Below, one piece after another: positions 32,034-41,429 of a DNA stretch of 64,000 nucleotides. The notes under the pieces were generated by a model. That model searched no databases and was not told where the DNA came from. It saw only the letters and a list, made by a program, of their open reading frames with translations. Location of the stretch: assembly GCA_019721075.1 (NCBI GenBank), contig JAHEAD010000013.1, positions 1 to 64,000 of the forward strand, in the 5' to 3' direction. Made by a program: the position numbers and the translations under genes. Every line of letters begins with the position of its first letter. The stretch's first letter is position 1. Origin of the DNA: Candidatus Sysuiplasma jiujiangense. GTDB taxonomy: Archaea > Thermoplasmatota > Thermoplasmata > Sysuiplasmatales > Sysuiplasmataceae.

Positions 32034-33116
32034 ATGTCGATACAAATGGCAGACAATAGAATGATCGTGACCGGTGGCACAGGCTTCATCGGCAGTCATG
32101 CTGCTGAATACTTTGCCGATTCTGGCTGGAAAGTTGCATCTGTTGACAACCTGTCCCGTGGAAAGCTCCTTGGGGAAACAGGTGTAGACACATCGGCATA
32201 CAACTGGAATTATCTGTCAAAGAATCGTGGAATAGAACTCGTGAAAGCCTCAACCACGGATGAGAAAAGTATGAACGATCTCATAAGTGGCGCAGACGCT
32301 GTCGTGCACACTGCCGGACAGGTCGCAGTCACAACCTCCCTCAAGGATCCGAGGAAAGACTTTGATACCAATATGATTGGCACTTTCAATGTGCTTGAGG
32401 CATGCAGGAAATCAGGACGCAACCCTGCGGTTGTCTTCTGCTCCACGAACAAAGTGTATGGGGAGAACGTAAACAGTATCGAAGTTGAACTGACAGGAAA
32501 CCGTTACCGGTATGAGGACAGCAAATATGCACAGGGCATACCGGAAGACTTCCCGGTTGACGGGTGCGAACACACACCATACGGCGCATCCAAGCTGGCC
32601 GCAGACCTATACGTGCAGGAGTACGGTCACACGTACGGCCTGAAGACAGGTGTCTTCCGCATGAGCTGCATATACGGAACAAGGCAGTTCGGGAACGAGG
32701 ACCAGGGATGGGTGGCGCATTTCCTGCTCTCCGCACTGAGGAACAGGGAAATCACCATTTACGGCGACGGCAGGCAGGTGAGGGATGTACTCTATGTCAC
32801 AGACCTGGTGAAGGCATATGACGCCTTCCTCAACTCTCATCTAAAACATGGTGTTTTCAACATGGGCGGAGGGTCGGCAAACACGATATCGCTGCTCGAG
32901 CTGCTCGAACGAATACAGGAGTTGACTTGTATCAAACCTGCTTTCAGGTTCGACAGATGGCGCAACGGTGACCAGAAAGTCTACATATCGGACATATCCA
33001 GGGCGCGTGCTCAACTGAACTGGGAACCCGCCGTAGGAATACAGGAGGGGCTGAACAATATGGTCAACTGGATGAAGAACGAAATGCGAACAGGAGAGAG
33101 GGCAAAGGAAGTTTAA
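32034..33116 (+). CDS. CDP-paratose/tyvelose 2-epimerase-like extended SDR
   Basis: TGGTGFIG, HTAGQVAVTTS, STNKVYG, YGASK and FRMSCIYG.RQFGNEDQGWV motifs, typical of the RfbE family. Confidence 0.88.
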   Translation: MSIQMADNRMIVTGGTGFIGSHAAEYFADSGWKVASVDNLSRGKLLGETGVDTSAYNWNYLSKNRGIELVKASTTDEKSMNDLISGADAVVHTAGQVAVTTSLKDPRKDFDTNMIGTFNVLEACRKSGRNPAVVFCSTNKVYGENVNSIEVELTGNRYRYEDSKYAQGIPEDFPVDGCEHTPYGASKLAADLYVQEYGHTYGLKTGVFRMSCIYGTRQFGNEDQGWVAHFLLSALRNREITIYGDGRQVRDVLYVTDLVKAYDAFLNSHLKHGVFNMGGGSANTISLLELLERIQELTCIKPAFRFDRWRNGDQKVYISDISRARAQLNWEPAVGIQEGLNNMVNWMKNEMRTGERAKEV

Positions 33117-33359
33117 ACACGGTAACATCATCAAATGCCAGACATATCAACCGGTTTACTGTCCTCTTCTTATGCTTTCTTTCCAGCTAATCAGCATGCA
33201 ATTCTGTCCGCCTCGCTGTCGTGCTTATTGTTAGCCCTATAGTCCAGTCCACCAATCGTCAAGCGTAAGGTGAGCGCAGGCAGTGCATGAGCTGAAACGG
33301 TGCTGATCTGCCCAGACGGGCCTTGACGCATCACCCCTTCGCCAGTTTGAACACATAAC

Positions 33360-33449
33360 CGGCGATGCGAACTGCATATAACTTCTTATTACAATTCGTT
33401 TGTATGGCTCAACGGAGATCTCTACCCTTTGTTCCTTCGTATTTGCCAT
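33360..33449 (-). pseudogene. Probable 5' fragment of a small hypothetical gene
   Basis: MANTKEQRVEISVEPYKRIVIRSYMQFASP looks protein-like, then runs into the non-coding-looking segment at 33238-33330. Confidence 0.3.
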
Positions 33450-33571
33450 TGGGCATCCATCGCCTGAAGGGATAGATAATCACCATATGGCTCATCATAG
33501 GATGACGCAGTATCGGATTCCCGATTTCCCGCAGGAGCGGTGGTACTGATTATGAACAATTTTTGCAGAGA

Positions 33572-33991
33572 CTATTGATGGTTGGAGAATTCGATTTTGC
33601 CAATCACTTCCTTAAGTCGTTCATCAAAGAACGTCGTGCCTTCGCGATCATCTAGCCTGGCGTAGGCGAGTAATTCAAGCGCCAGAAACCTCTTCGTCGA
33701 TTTGACAACACTATATACCGGCCTCTTAGGATTCCTGTTTGCCAATTTGATGAATTTTAACGTTAAGAGATCGTTCAGTACTTTTCTCACAGCAGGCGCA
33801 GAGGAATCTGTCAATTCTGCAAGGTCCGTTGGGCTAAATACGGTGTTTGGATCGGCAACGATTTCTTCCACGACCCTCAGCGTTACACTGTCTCCGAGCA
33901 GCCCACCATAGGGTTTATTTTGTGCCTCGCCTGATATAGAGTCAAGTGCTTCCTTATCTTCAGCCATGCTGTCTCTCCTCTGGTTATTCAT
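33572..33991 (-). CDS. Winged-helix DNA-binding protein
   Basis: GDSVTLRVVEEIV...FSPTDLAELTDSSAPAVRKVLNDL...KRPVYSV fits HTH plus wing. Imperfect palindrome TAGAAAAGTAAACTTTCTA upstream at 34037-34055. Confidence 0.75.
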   Translation of the reverse strand: MNNQRRDSMAEDKEALDSISGEAQNKPYGGLLGDSVTLRVVEEIVADPNTVFSPTDLAELTDSSAPAVRKVLNDLLTLKFIKLANRNPKRPVYSVVKSTKRFLALELLAYARLDDREGTTFFDERLKEVIGKIEFSNHQ

Positions 33992-34057
33992 TGCTCAGTG
34001 TTATCGTACAAATTAATGCTTAATATAACTTTGCAATAGAAAAGTAAACTTTCTAAT

Positions 34058-34342
34058 TTAGAGCCCAAACCGGCCTGAATGATGGGGCGGCCTCATGTTC
34101 AGTTCCGCCAGTATTCTGCCTGCAATGGCCAAATCAACGATTTTGACAACATCCTCACCTCTGGCATCGAGTTTCGTTAAGATGCCGTTATCATGCAAGA
34201 GATCGTAACTCATTTGCGAGTCAACCTGCAACTGGCCGCATTTTACGTTGAATTTCCGGTAGCTGACTGTTCCGCCCCTTTTCAGCATCCAGCAGATAAT
34301 TTGGATCTGTGGTGAATTAGGGTCTGAAAACATCCAGCTCAC
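34058..34342 (-). CDS. Small hypothetical protein (possibly wHTH-like)
   Basis: 94-aa ORF with plausible composition, co-oriented with the wHTH gene. Confidence 0.45.
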   Translation of the reverse strand: MSWMFSDPNSPQIQIICWMLKRGGTVSYRKFNVKCGQLQVDSQMSYDLLHDNGILTKLDARGEDVVKIVDLAIAGRILAELNMRPPHHSGRFGL

Positions 34343-35566
34343 TCAGCTGATAAACTCAAGTACAATCAAAACCGCCTTGCCTATAAAAAGAACTAGTGCA
34401 ACGCATCCGAAGTGTAAATCCGGCTGCTCAAGTATCCTCTCATAAGGCTCATAACCACACCTGGAACCAAGAATCCTGCAGGTTATCGTATCAATCTTTG
34501 CCAGCTTTCCGGCTCGAGTTTGATCGAGTTTGGGGAACTGCTTCCGGTTTCGGTAATTTTCAGCAATCCCTGATTTCTTACCATACGATACTGGGCGTTC
34601 AAATGTCTTCCTTTGGACAAAATCGAGCCGATTAGAGCGATGGAGAGGCAGTCCGGTCTGGCCAGGCTGCTACTGTCTCTCTATCTTGAAGGTCCGGGAA
34701 GCTTGAGCTGGATTAGTGAGAACCGGGCGCTCTGCAAACATGAGAAGCAAGTCTGTGGCATCGAAAGATATTCCCACATCTTGTGAGATGTCATCCTTCA
34801 TCCATCACATATCTGAAATCAGACAATGTCGCGTTAATACAGAGTCCGGTCCCTGAGGGAAGGGATTTGACGGGAGCGTAATTGCCGGAGAGCCATACCG
34901 GCATCTTGAAGCTATGACGCTGTGGCCGGAGCCTGGAGCGGTACACCAAGACAGGCTCAATGAACCCGGAGATCTCCGTCCCGAATAATCAAAGCCGGCT
35001 TGGAGCAACCGGAGGCGGCTGGACGTGTTCGGAGACGGGCAGATGGTGATGCCTGGACTTGCAAGGAGATGAGAACAGTGGCTGAAAAACGAATTAAGGT
35101 TGCTGAAACGGTAAAGGAAATCGATCAGCCCCTTACCAGCAGGTGAAGTGTGGACTTCACGCATAACAAAGGATGTCCCAAACCATCACTGCTTCCCCTC
35201 ATCCCCGTCGGGTCGGTGCTGACAGTAACATCTTCTTTCTCTCCGGCAGCTTCTTCCTTATCTTTGCGAGGATCTGTCAATTAGCCTGTAACAGGGCCTG
35301 TTTTGCCTTATAGGATGGTTGTTTGCTTATTTTGAGCGTTATCACGAGAATCTATGCATATGTAGCGTTCAGCCTTACCCGGGCGAAGGTGAGCGGGACA
35401 TTAGCATCCTTGAAATGACTTATGCCACACTGCCCATCTGCTGCAGCGGAACGATGAGCGCGGTGAAGCTGCCCGGCCATGTGTTGCCTCCAATGGCAGG
35501 TACAACAATAACAACGAAACCAACAATGCTTATATATTGTTGATGTTTTTGTTGGTATTGTTGACT

Positions 35567-36718
35567 ATGTACCACACTAACCCGTTCAGGCCCGGTCAGC
35601 CAATAGACCCGAAGTACTTCGGAGGGCGCAAGAAAGAGCTGGATATTTTCGAAGAGTGCCTGAATTACTCTTCCACGGGGAATCTGCACCATCTGGCAGT
35701 GATGGGAGAACGCGGAATCGGCAAGTCCTCCCTTCTAAGAAAGTACGATGACCTCGCAACAGATCGTGGCTTTCTGGCGGTCAGGAGAGAGCTGGACACG
35801 ACGGTCGATTCAATAAATTCTCTCATGGAGTTCATGCTATATGCGCTGAAGGCGTCATGTACTTCAATATTCTCGGCAAGAATGAAAGCGTCGAGTAGAA
35901 CCAGGAAGTTCTTCCAGAACTACTCACTGAACGTCTCGATAATGGGTTCCGGTGTATCCGTGCAGAGGCAGGGAGGGGTTTCACTCCTGCAGGATGTGTT
36001 TTATGATGAGTTCGCAAGGGTATGGGCCGAAGTGAAAAACGAAATACCTGCAATAGTTTTTCTGCTTGACGAAGCAGAGAGACTTCAGCAAATAGAAGGT
36101 TCATGGAGTTTCCTGAGAACTCTGTTCACGAGATTCGCGGAGAGTAATATGAATTACATGCTGGTCGTGGCCGGTAAATTGGACCTTTTCAGAGGCATCA
36201 GGGAAATTCACTCCCCGATGGAAAGGTTCTTTCTGCCACTAGAAATTAAGGAAATGGTGCTGGATGAGACGCGAGAAACACTGGAAAGACCGATGGAAGC
36301 ATTCCAGCGCAAATTCAAGAGCGATGCGGTCCAGAAAGTTTATGAAAAAAGTGGGGGGCATCCATATGTCGTCCAGACCTTTGGATTTTTTGCGTTTGAA
36401 ACAGGCGAAAAGAATCTAGATGCGAGGGTCTTCGACAGCATCGTTCCGGTGGTGATGTCCAGACTTTCAGTTCAGCTTTTCAAAGAGAGGTTTGATTCTG
36501 CAAGCCCCAAGGAAAGGGAAATACTGGGCGGTCTTGCAAAGTTGGATGGACCGTCCACCCCTAAATCGGTGAGTCGTATTTGCGATGTTCCGTTGAAAAC
36601 AGTATGGGTGGCTTTGGATCGACTGGTTAACAAGGATTGCGTACGCAAAGTCGGACGGGGCAATTACAGTTTATTTACACCGCTCTTCGGAGAGTACGTA
36701 AAGGCCACAATCCAGTGA
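35567..36718 (+). CDS. Archaeal-type AAA/STAND-like ATPase with C-terminal wHTH
   Basis: NPFRPG...FGGRKKEL, Walker A GERGIGKS, Walker B FLLDEAE, SGGHPY and a C-terminal HTH. ATG 35567 (ORF track 35537). Confidence 0.9.
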   Translation: MYHTNPFRPGQPIDPKYFGGRKKELDIFEECLNYSSTGNLHHLAVMGERGIGKSSLLRKYDDLATDRGFLAVRRELDTTVDSINSLMEFMLYALKASCTSIFSARMKASSRTRKFFQNYSLNVSIMGSGVSVQRQGGVSLLQDVFYDEFARVWAEVKNEIPAIVFLLDEAERLQQIEGSWSFLRTLFTRFAESNMNYMLVVAGKLDLFRGIREIHSPMERFFLPLEIKEMVLDETRETLERPMEAFQRKFKSDAVQKVYEKSGGHPYVVQTFGFFAFETGEKNLDARVFDSIVPVVMSRLSVQLFKERFDSASPKEREILGGLAKLDGPSTPKSVSRICDVPLKTVWVALDRLVNKDCVRKVGRGNYSLFTPLFGEYVKATIQ

Positions 36719-36951
36719 CAGATGAGAGACTCGATTTCACACCTGCCGTCAATGAGCCTTTGACGCAGCGACGGGGACAGCCGCCAACTAGCCTGGGCTA
36801 TTGGTGCGAGACCGTACACAAGTCGGTAAGCACCTTCAATTCATGCCTTCAGCAAAAGGTTTCGAGAAGACTACTTCCGTCCTACACAATCTCAATTTTC
36901 TAAGTCGAAGCAAACCTGGATCGCAACCGGGATTTGTAGACAGACCAATGC

Positions 36952-37377
36952 TCAAAGAAATGGGTTCACAACCTCGATGCCTTTGACGTCGGCAAAATCC
37001 CTCACGTTCTCCGCGAAGACTTTCCTGATGCCATTCTCCTTCATAGTTTCCATTATCACTGCGCCCCAGAAATGCATCCTTGACTGGCTGGATTTTCTGG
37101 CCGCTACATCTATTGTCTCACAGGTATAGTCGACTTTTCTCCATTTGTCTGACCTGACTATGCCGTCTACTATTGTAAATGCCTGATCGGCAGGCAGACC
37201 GAATTTCCTGACGGTTGCATAGAATACTTCGCCCAGAACCTGATTGGACACCACACCCCTGATTTCACTGTTAAGAACCTGTCTTATCAGTTCAAGACAG
37301 ATGGCCCTTTTTCTCGGTTCCCTCAAATCAAAGGCATAGCATATGATGCTGGAATCGAAAAACACTTCATCGATCAT
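36952..37377 (-). CDS. vapC: PIN-domain toxin VapC, possibly catalytically inactive
   Basis: VFFDSSI, SNQVLGEV and AENVRDF motifs; the canonical FWDA reads FWGA. Confidence 0.85.
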   Translation of the reverse strand: MIDEVFFDSSIICYAFDLREPRKRAICLELIRQVLNSEIRGVVSNQVLGEVFYATVRKFGLPADQAFTIVDGIVRSDKWRKVDYTCETIDVAARKSSQSRMHFWGAVIMETMKENGIRKVFAENVRDFADVKGIEVVNPFL

Positions 37378-37603
37378 GCAGTTCTTCTCTGTTGAATTTC
37401 CATTTCTTCATCCTGGCTCCCTTCTCAAGAAGATCAAGGAACTTCACTTCAGCACTCTCCCGGCTCTTCTCGGACCATTCTTTCATTGCTTCGGTGATGG
37501 CTTTCCCCAGGTAGCCCTTTCTTTTCCCGTATCTGCGGCCAGCTGCCTCTCTGAACGATTTTTCGACTTCTTCATCGACACTTACTGTTATTGTCCTGGT
37601 CAT
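37367..37603 (-). CDS. vapB: Ribbon-helix-helix antitoxin VapB
   Basis: MTRTITVSVDEEVEKSFRE...GYLGKAITEAMKEW...KFNREELHDR; overlaps the vapC start. Confidence 0.85.
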   Translation of the reverse strand: MTRTITVSVDEEVEKSFREAAGRRYGKRKGYLGKAITEAMKEWSEKSRESAEVKFLDLLEKGARMKKWKFNREELHDR

Positions 37604-37610
37604 ACTATTT

Positions 37611-37635
37611 ATGTATATTGCAGTATACATTTAAA
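37611..37635 (-). promoter_or_regulatory. Operator palindrome and TATA box of vapBC-1
   Basis: ATGTATA-N6-TATACAT (37611-37630) lies between the ATG and minus-strand TTTAAATG (37628-37635). Confidence 0.6.
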
Positions 37636-37898
37636 TGTTTATTCATATGTCAATAGTCAATCTCAACGAAGCTCGATTTACCCGAGTTACTCCTTCACGA
37701 GCAGTTTATACAGTGAGTAAACTGTCGAATTCGGATGAAGACGTCACTTCTATACTGTTATGTTAAAATTGGAAACAGTGGACTGCCGTTTGATGGATAT
37801 ATGTCAGCGGTTACGCAAATGTGTTTTTCATCTATGTCTGCTCGAAATCGGAAACAGATACAGGAGAACAACTGAAAGACTATATATTTTGTATACAT

Positions 37899-37912
37899 AT
37901 ATACATGTATAT
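37899..37912 (+). promoter_or_regulatory. Operator palindrome of vapBC-2
   Basis: Perfect 14-bp palindrome ATATACATGTATAT overlapping start codon 37911. Confidence 0.55.
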
Positions 37913-38201
37913 GACGTCTACAACGATAAGGATAAAGCAAGAAAAGAAGCAGACGCTCCAGCAATTTCTCGCGAGCCTATTTCTGGAGGAAGGAATTAAA
38001 CTCAATGAGCAGGACGCGGTGGGAACCCTTATCGATTTCGGCACCGCTCACAAAGATGAATTTGTAAGGCAAATCAAGAAAACACCCCTTGAAAGAGACG
38101 CTGCATGGAAGATGCTAAGCAAACCAGTCAACTGGGGAGTGAGAGACGCGGCAGAGAGTGTAGACAAGTACCTGTATGGCTTGGAGCGCCAGGAGGAATG
38201 A
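37911..38201 (+). CDS. vapB: Antitoxin VapB
   Basis: MTSTTIRIKQEKKQTL...WGVRDAAESVDKYLYG, directly upstream of and overlapping a PIN gene. Confidence 0.8.
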   Translation: MTSTTIRIKQEKKQTLQQFLASLFLEEGIKLNEQDAVGTLIDFGTAHKDEFVRQIKKTPLERDAAWKMLSKPVNWGVRDAAESVDKYLYGLERQEE

Positions 38202-38646
38202 TGCCATTTCTGTCTTCATAGATACGGGTGTTTTTGTCGGTGCAAGAAACTCCAGAGACGACAGGCACAGGCTGAGTGTCGAGGTAATCAAAAAGGCGCT
38301 GAAGGGTGCTTTCGGGGCGGTTTACACCTCAGATTATGTTATTGACGAAGCAGTTACTCTTGCGCTCGCAAGAACCGGAAAACCAGAAATTGCGTTCGAT
38401 ATAGGAGATTTCATATTCAAGTCGGATCGGATTAGGCTTCTGTGGACTGAAAGGAGTGTATTCTCTTCAGCCTGGGAGATGTTCAGGCGATATAGTGAAA
38501 AGAGACTCAGCTTCACTGACTGCATTTCCCTGGCCCACATTGAGGACAAGAAGATCAAATTCATTCTCAGCTTTGATTCGGGTTTCAGAGGGCTGGCGGA
38601 ATATGCAGAGACAATGTTGACCGGCCAGCAGAGAAATGAACATTGA
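38176..38646 (+). CDS. vapC: PIN-domain toxin VapC (intact active site)
   Basis: VFIDTG, TSDYVIDE, LSFTDC and LSFDSGF: all four acidic positions present. Confidence 0.9.
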   Translation: MAWSARRNDAISVFIDTGVFVGARNSRDDRHRLSVEVIKKALKGAFGAVYTSDYVIDEAVTLALARTGKPEIAFDIGDFIFKSDRIRLLWTERSVFSSAWEMFRRYSEKRLSFTDCISLAHIEDKKIKFILSFDSGFRGLAEYAETMLTGQQRNEH

Positions 38647-39816
38647 GGTTTTAGCTCAACTCGACTTTCTCAAATCTGATGCGATTCGATAATTAGTCAT
38701 GCAATTTGGTCCCAGAAAATATATCAATATTTCAGGGATCAACTGGCGTTTCCGGCCTTCGATGAGAGCACGCTCCCCTGAATGAACCATACGGAGTCGC
38801 AGTTGAAATCGGAAGGTGAAATGCACAACCTGTTTCAGTCGACCAAGCCGACAAGTCGATAATGAATAAAAAGGACGAACAGAATAAATGAAGGACAACC
38901 GGGAGTGGGCACAAGGCCCACAACGGATCGTCGAGACAACCCTCCCGGCCGCTGATCAAACGATCAATCCTCTTATATTAGAATTTTTACTATCAGGAAC
39001 AGACAGCTGATACCCGCTATACGCCCACTATGGTTGTTCAATATATGTGTCGGGTCAGTCCGTTGAAATCAGATGTTATTGGCCGGATATCCTTCGGCAT
39101 CTCCATTGTGGACGGCGGTGTGCTATCCTAACGATGGCCTGATGAATATCTGTCGGCCGCCGCTTAATTTGGTCCCGCTGCCATCCAATCAGGCAATTGC
39201 GCTTTTGCAAAATCTGGCTGAAGTGAAGGTTAATTTTGGTGCGGGACAGGCCGGATTGACTTTCCAAATAATATTGGCAGGCATGTTCCCTGGGAGCGAG
39301 AATGTGGTGGCCGCCACACTTTGCCACAATTCAGGCAGCGGCCGCGTTCAGCATCCGAACATTATGCTTCCTACCTCTGTCAGGGAAAGCCATCCATCAC
39401 TCTTCAGGATATTTCGATGGAACAAAGACGATGTATCGGCAATAACGATGACAGTGGTGGCAAACCGGCATTTATATTACGAGTTTCTGAAGAGGGGGAT
39501 CGAGATAGAGCAGACACTGTCATCGCCTTCCTCTTCTGTTCAGTTCATGTTTTTACCGGTCCGGTCGTCGCGCTGTCAGCCAGTTTATCAGACAGTTGCC
39601 AAGTGATAAGGAAGCATGGTACACATTATACGAAGTAGGAAGCATCAGGCATGAGGCACATGGCATAAGGGTCAGGGCAGGGGACAACTGCCAGGCATCT
39701 TGGCGTCTCCGCGCCGCTCGCACTGAACAGAAGATTTACAATGCCGGCTGAAAAACGCCTGAACGGCAGATTTCTGTGGAACTGCCGGCCTGGCTGGAAC
39801 GGCCCGACTGTGATAA

Positions 39817-39867
39817 ACATACAACAGAATAAGTATGTACAGCAATCGTCATATAATGATGTATGAC
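39817..39867 (+). promoter_or_regulatory. Tandem operator palindromes of vapBC-3
   Basis: ACATAC-N10-GTATGT (39817-39838) and GTCATA-N8-TATGAC (39848-39867, overlapping the ATG). Confidence 0.55.
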
Positions 39868-40087
39868 CAGACTCCTGAGTGTAAGGATTGATGAGCATCT
39901 GCTCGAAGAATCGAGACGGCTGAAAATCAACTGCTCTGAAGTGGTCAGGGCGGCACTGAAGGAGGAAATAAGGAAAAGGAGAGATGAGGAACTCGCAGGG
40001 AGCGTTTACAGAATACACCAGCTTCTGAAGGGAGTGGACATGGAGCAACTGGTGCTTGAATTCCGTAAGGACAGAGAAAGGAGTTGA
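39863..40087 (+). CDS. vapB: Antitoxin (CcdA-like/RHH VapB)
   Basis: LSVRIDEHLLEESRRLKINCSEVVRAALKEEI...EFRKDRE. Confidence 0.85.
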   Translation: MTRLLSVRIDEHLLEESRRLKINCSEVVRAALKEEIRKRRDEELAGSVYRIHQLLKGVDMEQLVLEFRKDRERS

Positions 40088-40517
40088 GCATCTGCCGCAA
40101 GGTTTTGTTATCGATGGGAGTTCAATGTTTGAATTGTTTTCTTAAGCTCGGATCAAAGTATTTTACCCATACTCGGCAGCTCATTCATTCTCGATCTGGC
40201 ATTGTATGAAATCGGAAGTATACTGAGCAAGGGAAAGGACAACCGCATAAGGGGCCTTGCACCGTGATAGTGTCCTCGAGCTTTCTCGTGAATTCTCCAG
40301 GGTGCTGGGCGCCATTGAGAGGATTCACCTTGAGCCGGAAGATCTGAAAAAAGTGCTGCTGCTTTCACTTGAGAAGGGTTCGGCTTTCTACGATGCGGCT
40401 TACATATTCCAGAGCCGGAAACTTAATTTGCCTCTTGTGACAAACGACAGGAAAATGGCTTCGGCGGGAAAATCTGCCGGCATTACGGTAAAGAAGGCAG
40501 AGGACTTAGCTGCATGA
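40084..40517 (+). pseudogene. vapC: Frameshifted PIN-domain toxin VapC
   Basis: FVIDGSS (~40100) ends at TAA 40143-40145; ILDLALYEIG lies in another frame ending at TGA ~40265; AFYDAAY...LVTND lies in ORF 40257..40517. At least two frameshifts. Confidence 0.8.
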
Positions 40518-40856
40518 ATTTGCATGAATATGCGAACTGCCTCCGAACTGCCTGAACCGGATGACTCTTTTGCCCTCTGAAACTGGAAATTCAGTCTTTC
40601 ATACCCAACCTGCCAAACCGGACGCTTTTTACCATCTCCTTGCATTAAGACCGCTCAAATCTGACGCAAGTTGCCATATGTGATGTTTCTGCCTTGCAAG
40701 TCTCTTTCCCTGAAATTTTCTACATCGAAAGCCTGTGAGCATTTGTCAGGCTGAATGGTAAGTGGTGGAGTGCTTCTTCTTGCGTCTATTTCAGTGTGAT
40801 AAAGACAAATAATGGTCTATCAGATACTTGTTTATCCTCAATACACTCACAAGTCT

Positions 40857-41063
40857 ATGACACAAAGTGTGCGCACCCGCCCGCTTGGAACCAACGTGCC
40901 AACCATCTTCAGGTGGCTTGCGTCGGGTGATAGACCATGTCTTGTCACTCTGCAGAATGCGATGGAAGCACTGAAAGGTTCGACAGGTCCGAACAGCCTC
41001 GCCCACACGTTATCGCCGCTCAATTCGAAGGATATCATCAGAACAATTGGCAATGACTTGTAA
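40857..41063 (+). pseudogene. Degenerate wHTH / AbiEi-like antitoxin N-terminus
   Basis: RPLGTN...LVTLQNAMEAL...LAHTLSPLNSKDIIRTIGNDL* resembles 'fTl.da..il...lsrL..kg.i.ri..GlY', with a stop where Tyr is expected. Confidence 0.3.
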
Positions 41064-41429
41064 CCCAACATCAGCACGGACACTGTCCGCCGATGTAATC
41101 CCGGTGCAACATATCAGCGACAAGATCCAACCGGTGCTTTCCCTGCGCTTCCTGGACGAAATGAAGAACCACTGCCTTGTTATCCTCTGAACCCATGGTT
41201 TGTAGCTCTAACTTGCTGTCTTCTCCTTTTCCGGATTTATATCCTACTCGTTACCTTGACATGGGGTAATTGGTCTGCCTGTCGAGTACAAGCGGACCAA
41301 TTACATCGGAGTAACAGCAGAGATAAACCATTTATGGGTGCTAACGCAGTATTACACGTTCGCTATACATGAATTATACAACGATACAAATTTCAAAGGC
41401 CACTTGGGAGAAACTGGTTTTCGTTCACC

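Noticed and set aside
34640..34790. Short ORF MERQSGLARLLLSLYLEGPG, wHTH-like start
   Set aside because: Under 50 codons; insufficient evidence to call.
35125..35273. Minus-strand EDVTVSTDPTGMR resembling an IS5-family 'iavDsTG' motif
   Set aside because: Too short, needs a frameshift, and no inverted repeats were found.
39073..39638. 177-aa and overlapping ORFs between the TA pairs
   Set aside because: No recognisable motif in any frame; likely decayed DNA.
39634..39692. Minus-strand GGCAG...CTGCC...CTGATGCTTCCTAC resembling a fluoride riboswitch
   Set aside because: The loop lacks the ATG-purine segment needed for the pseudoknot, and no crcB-type gene lies downstream.
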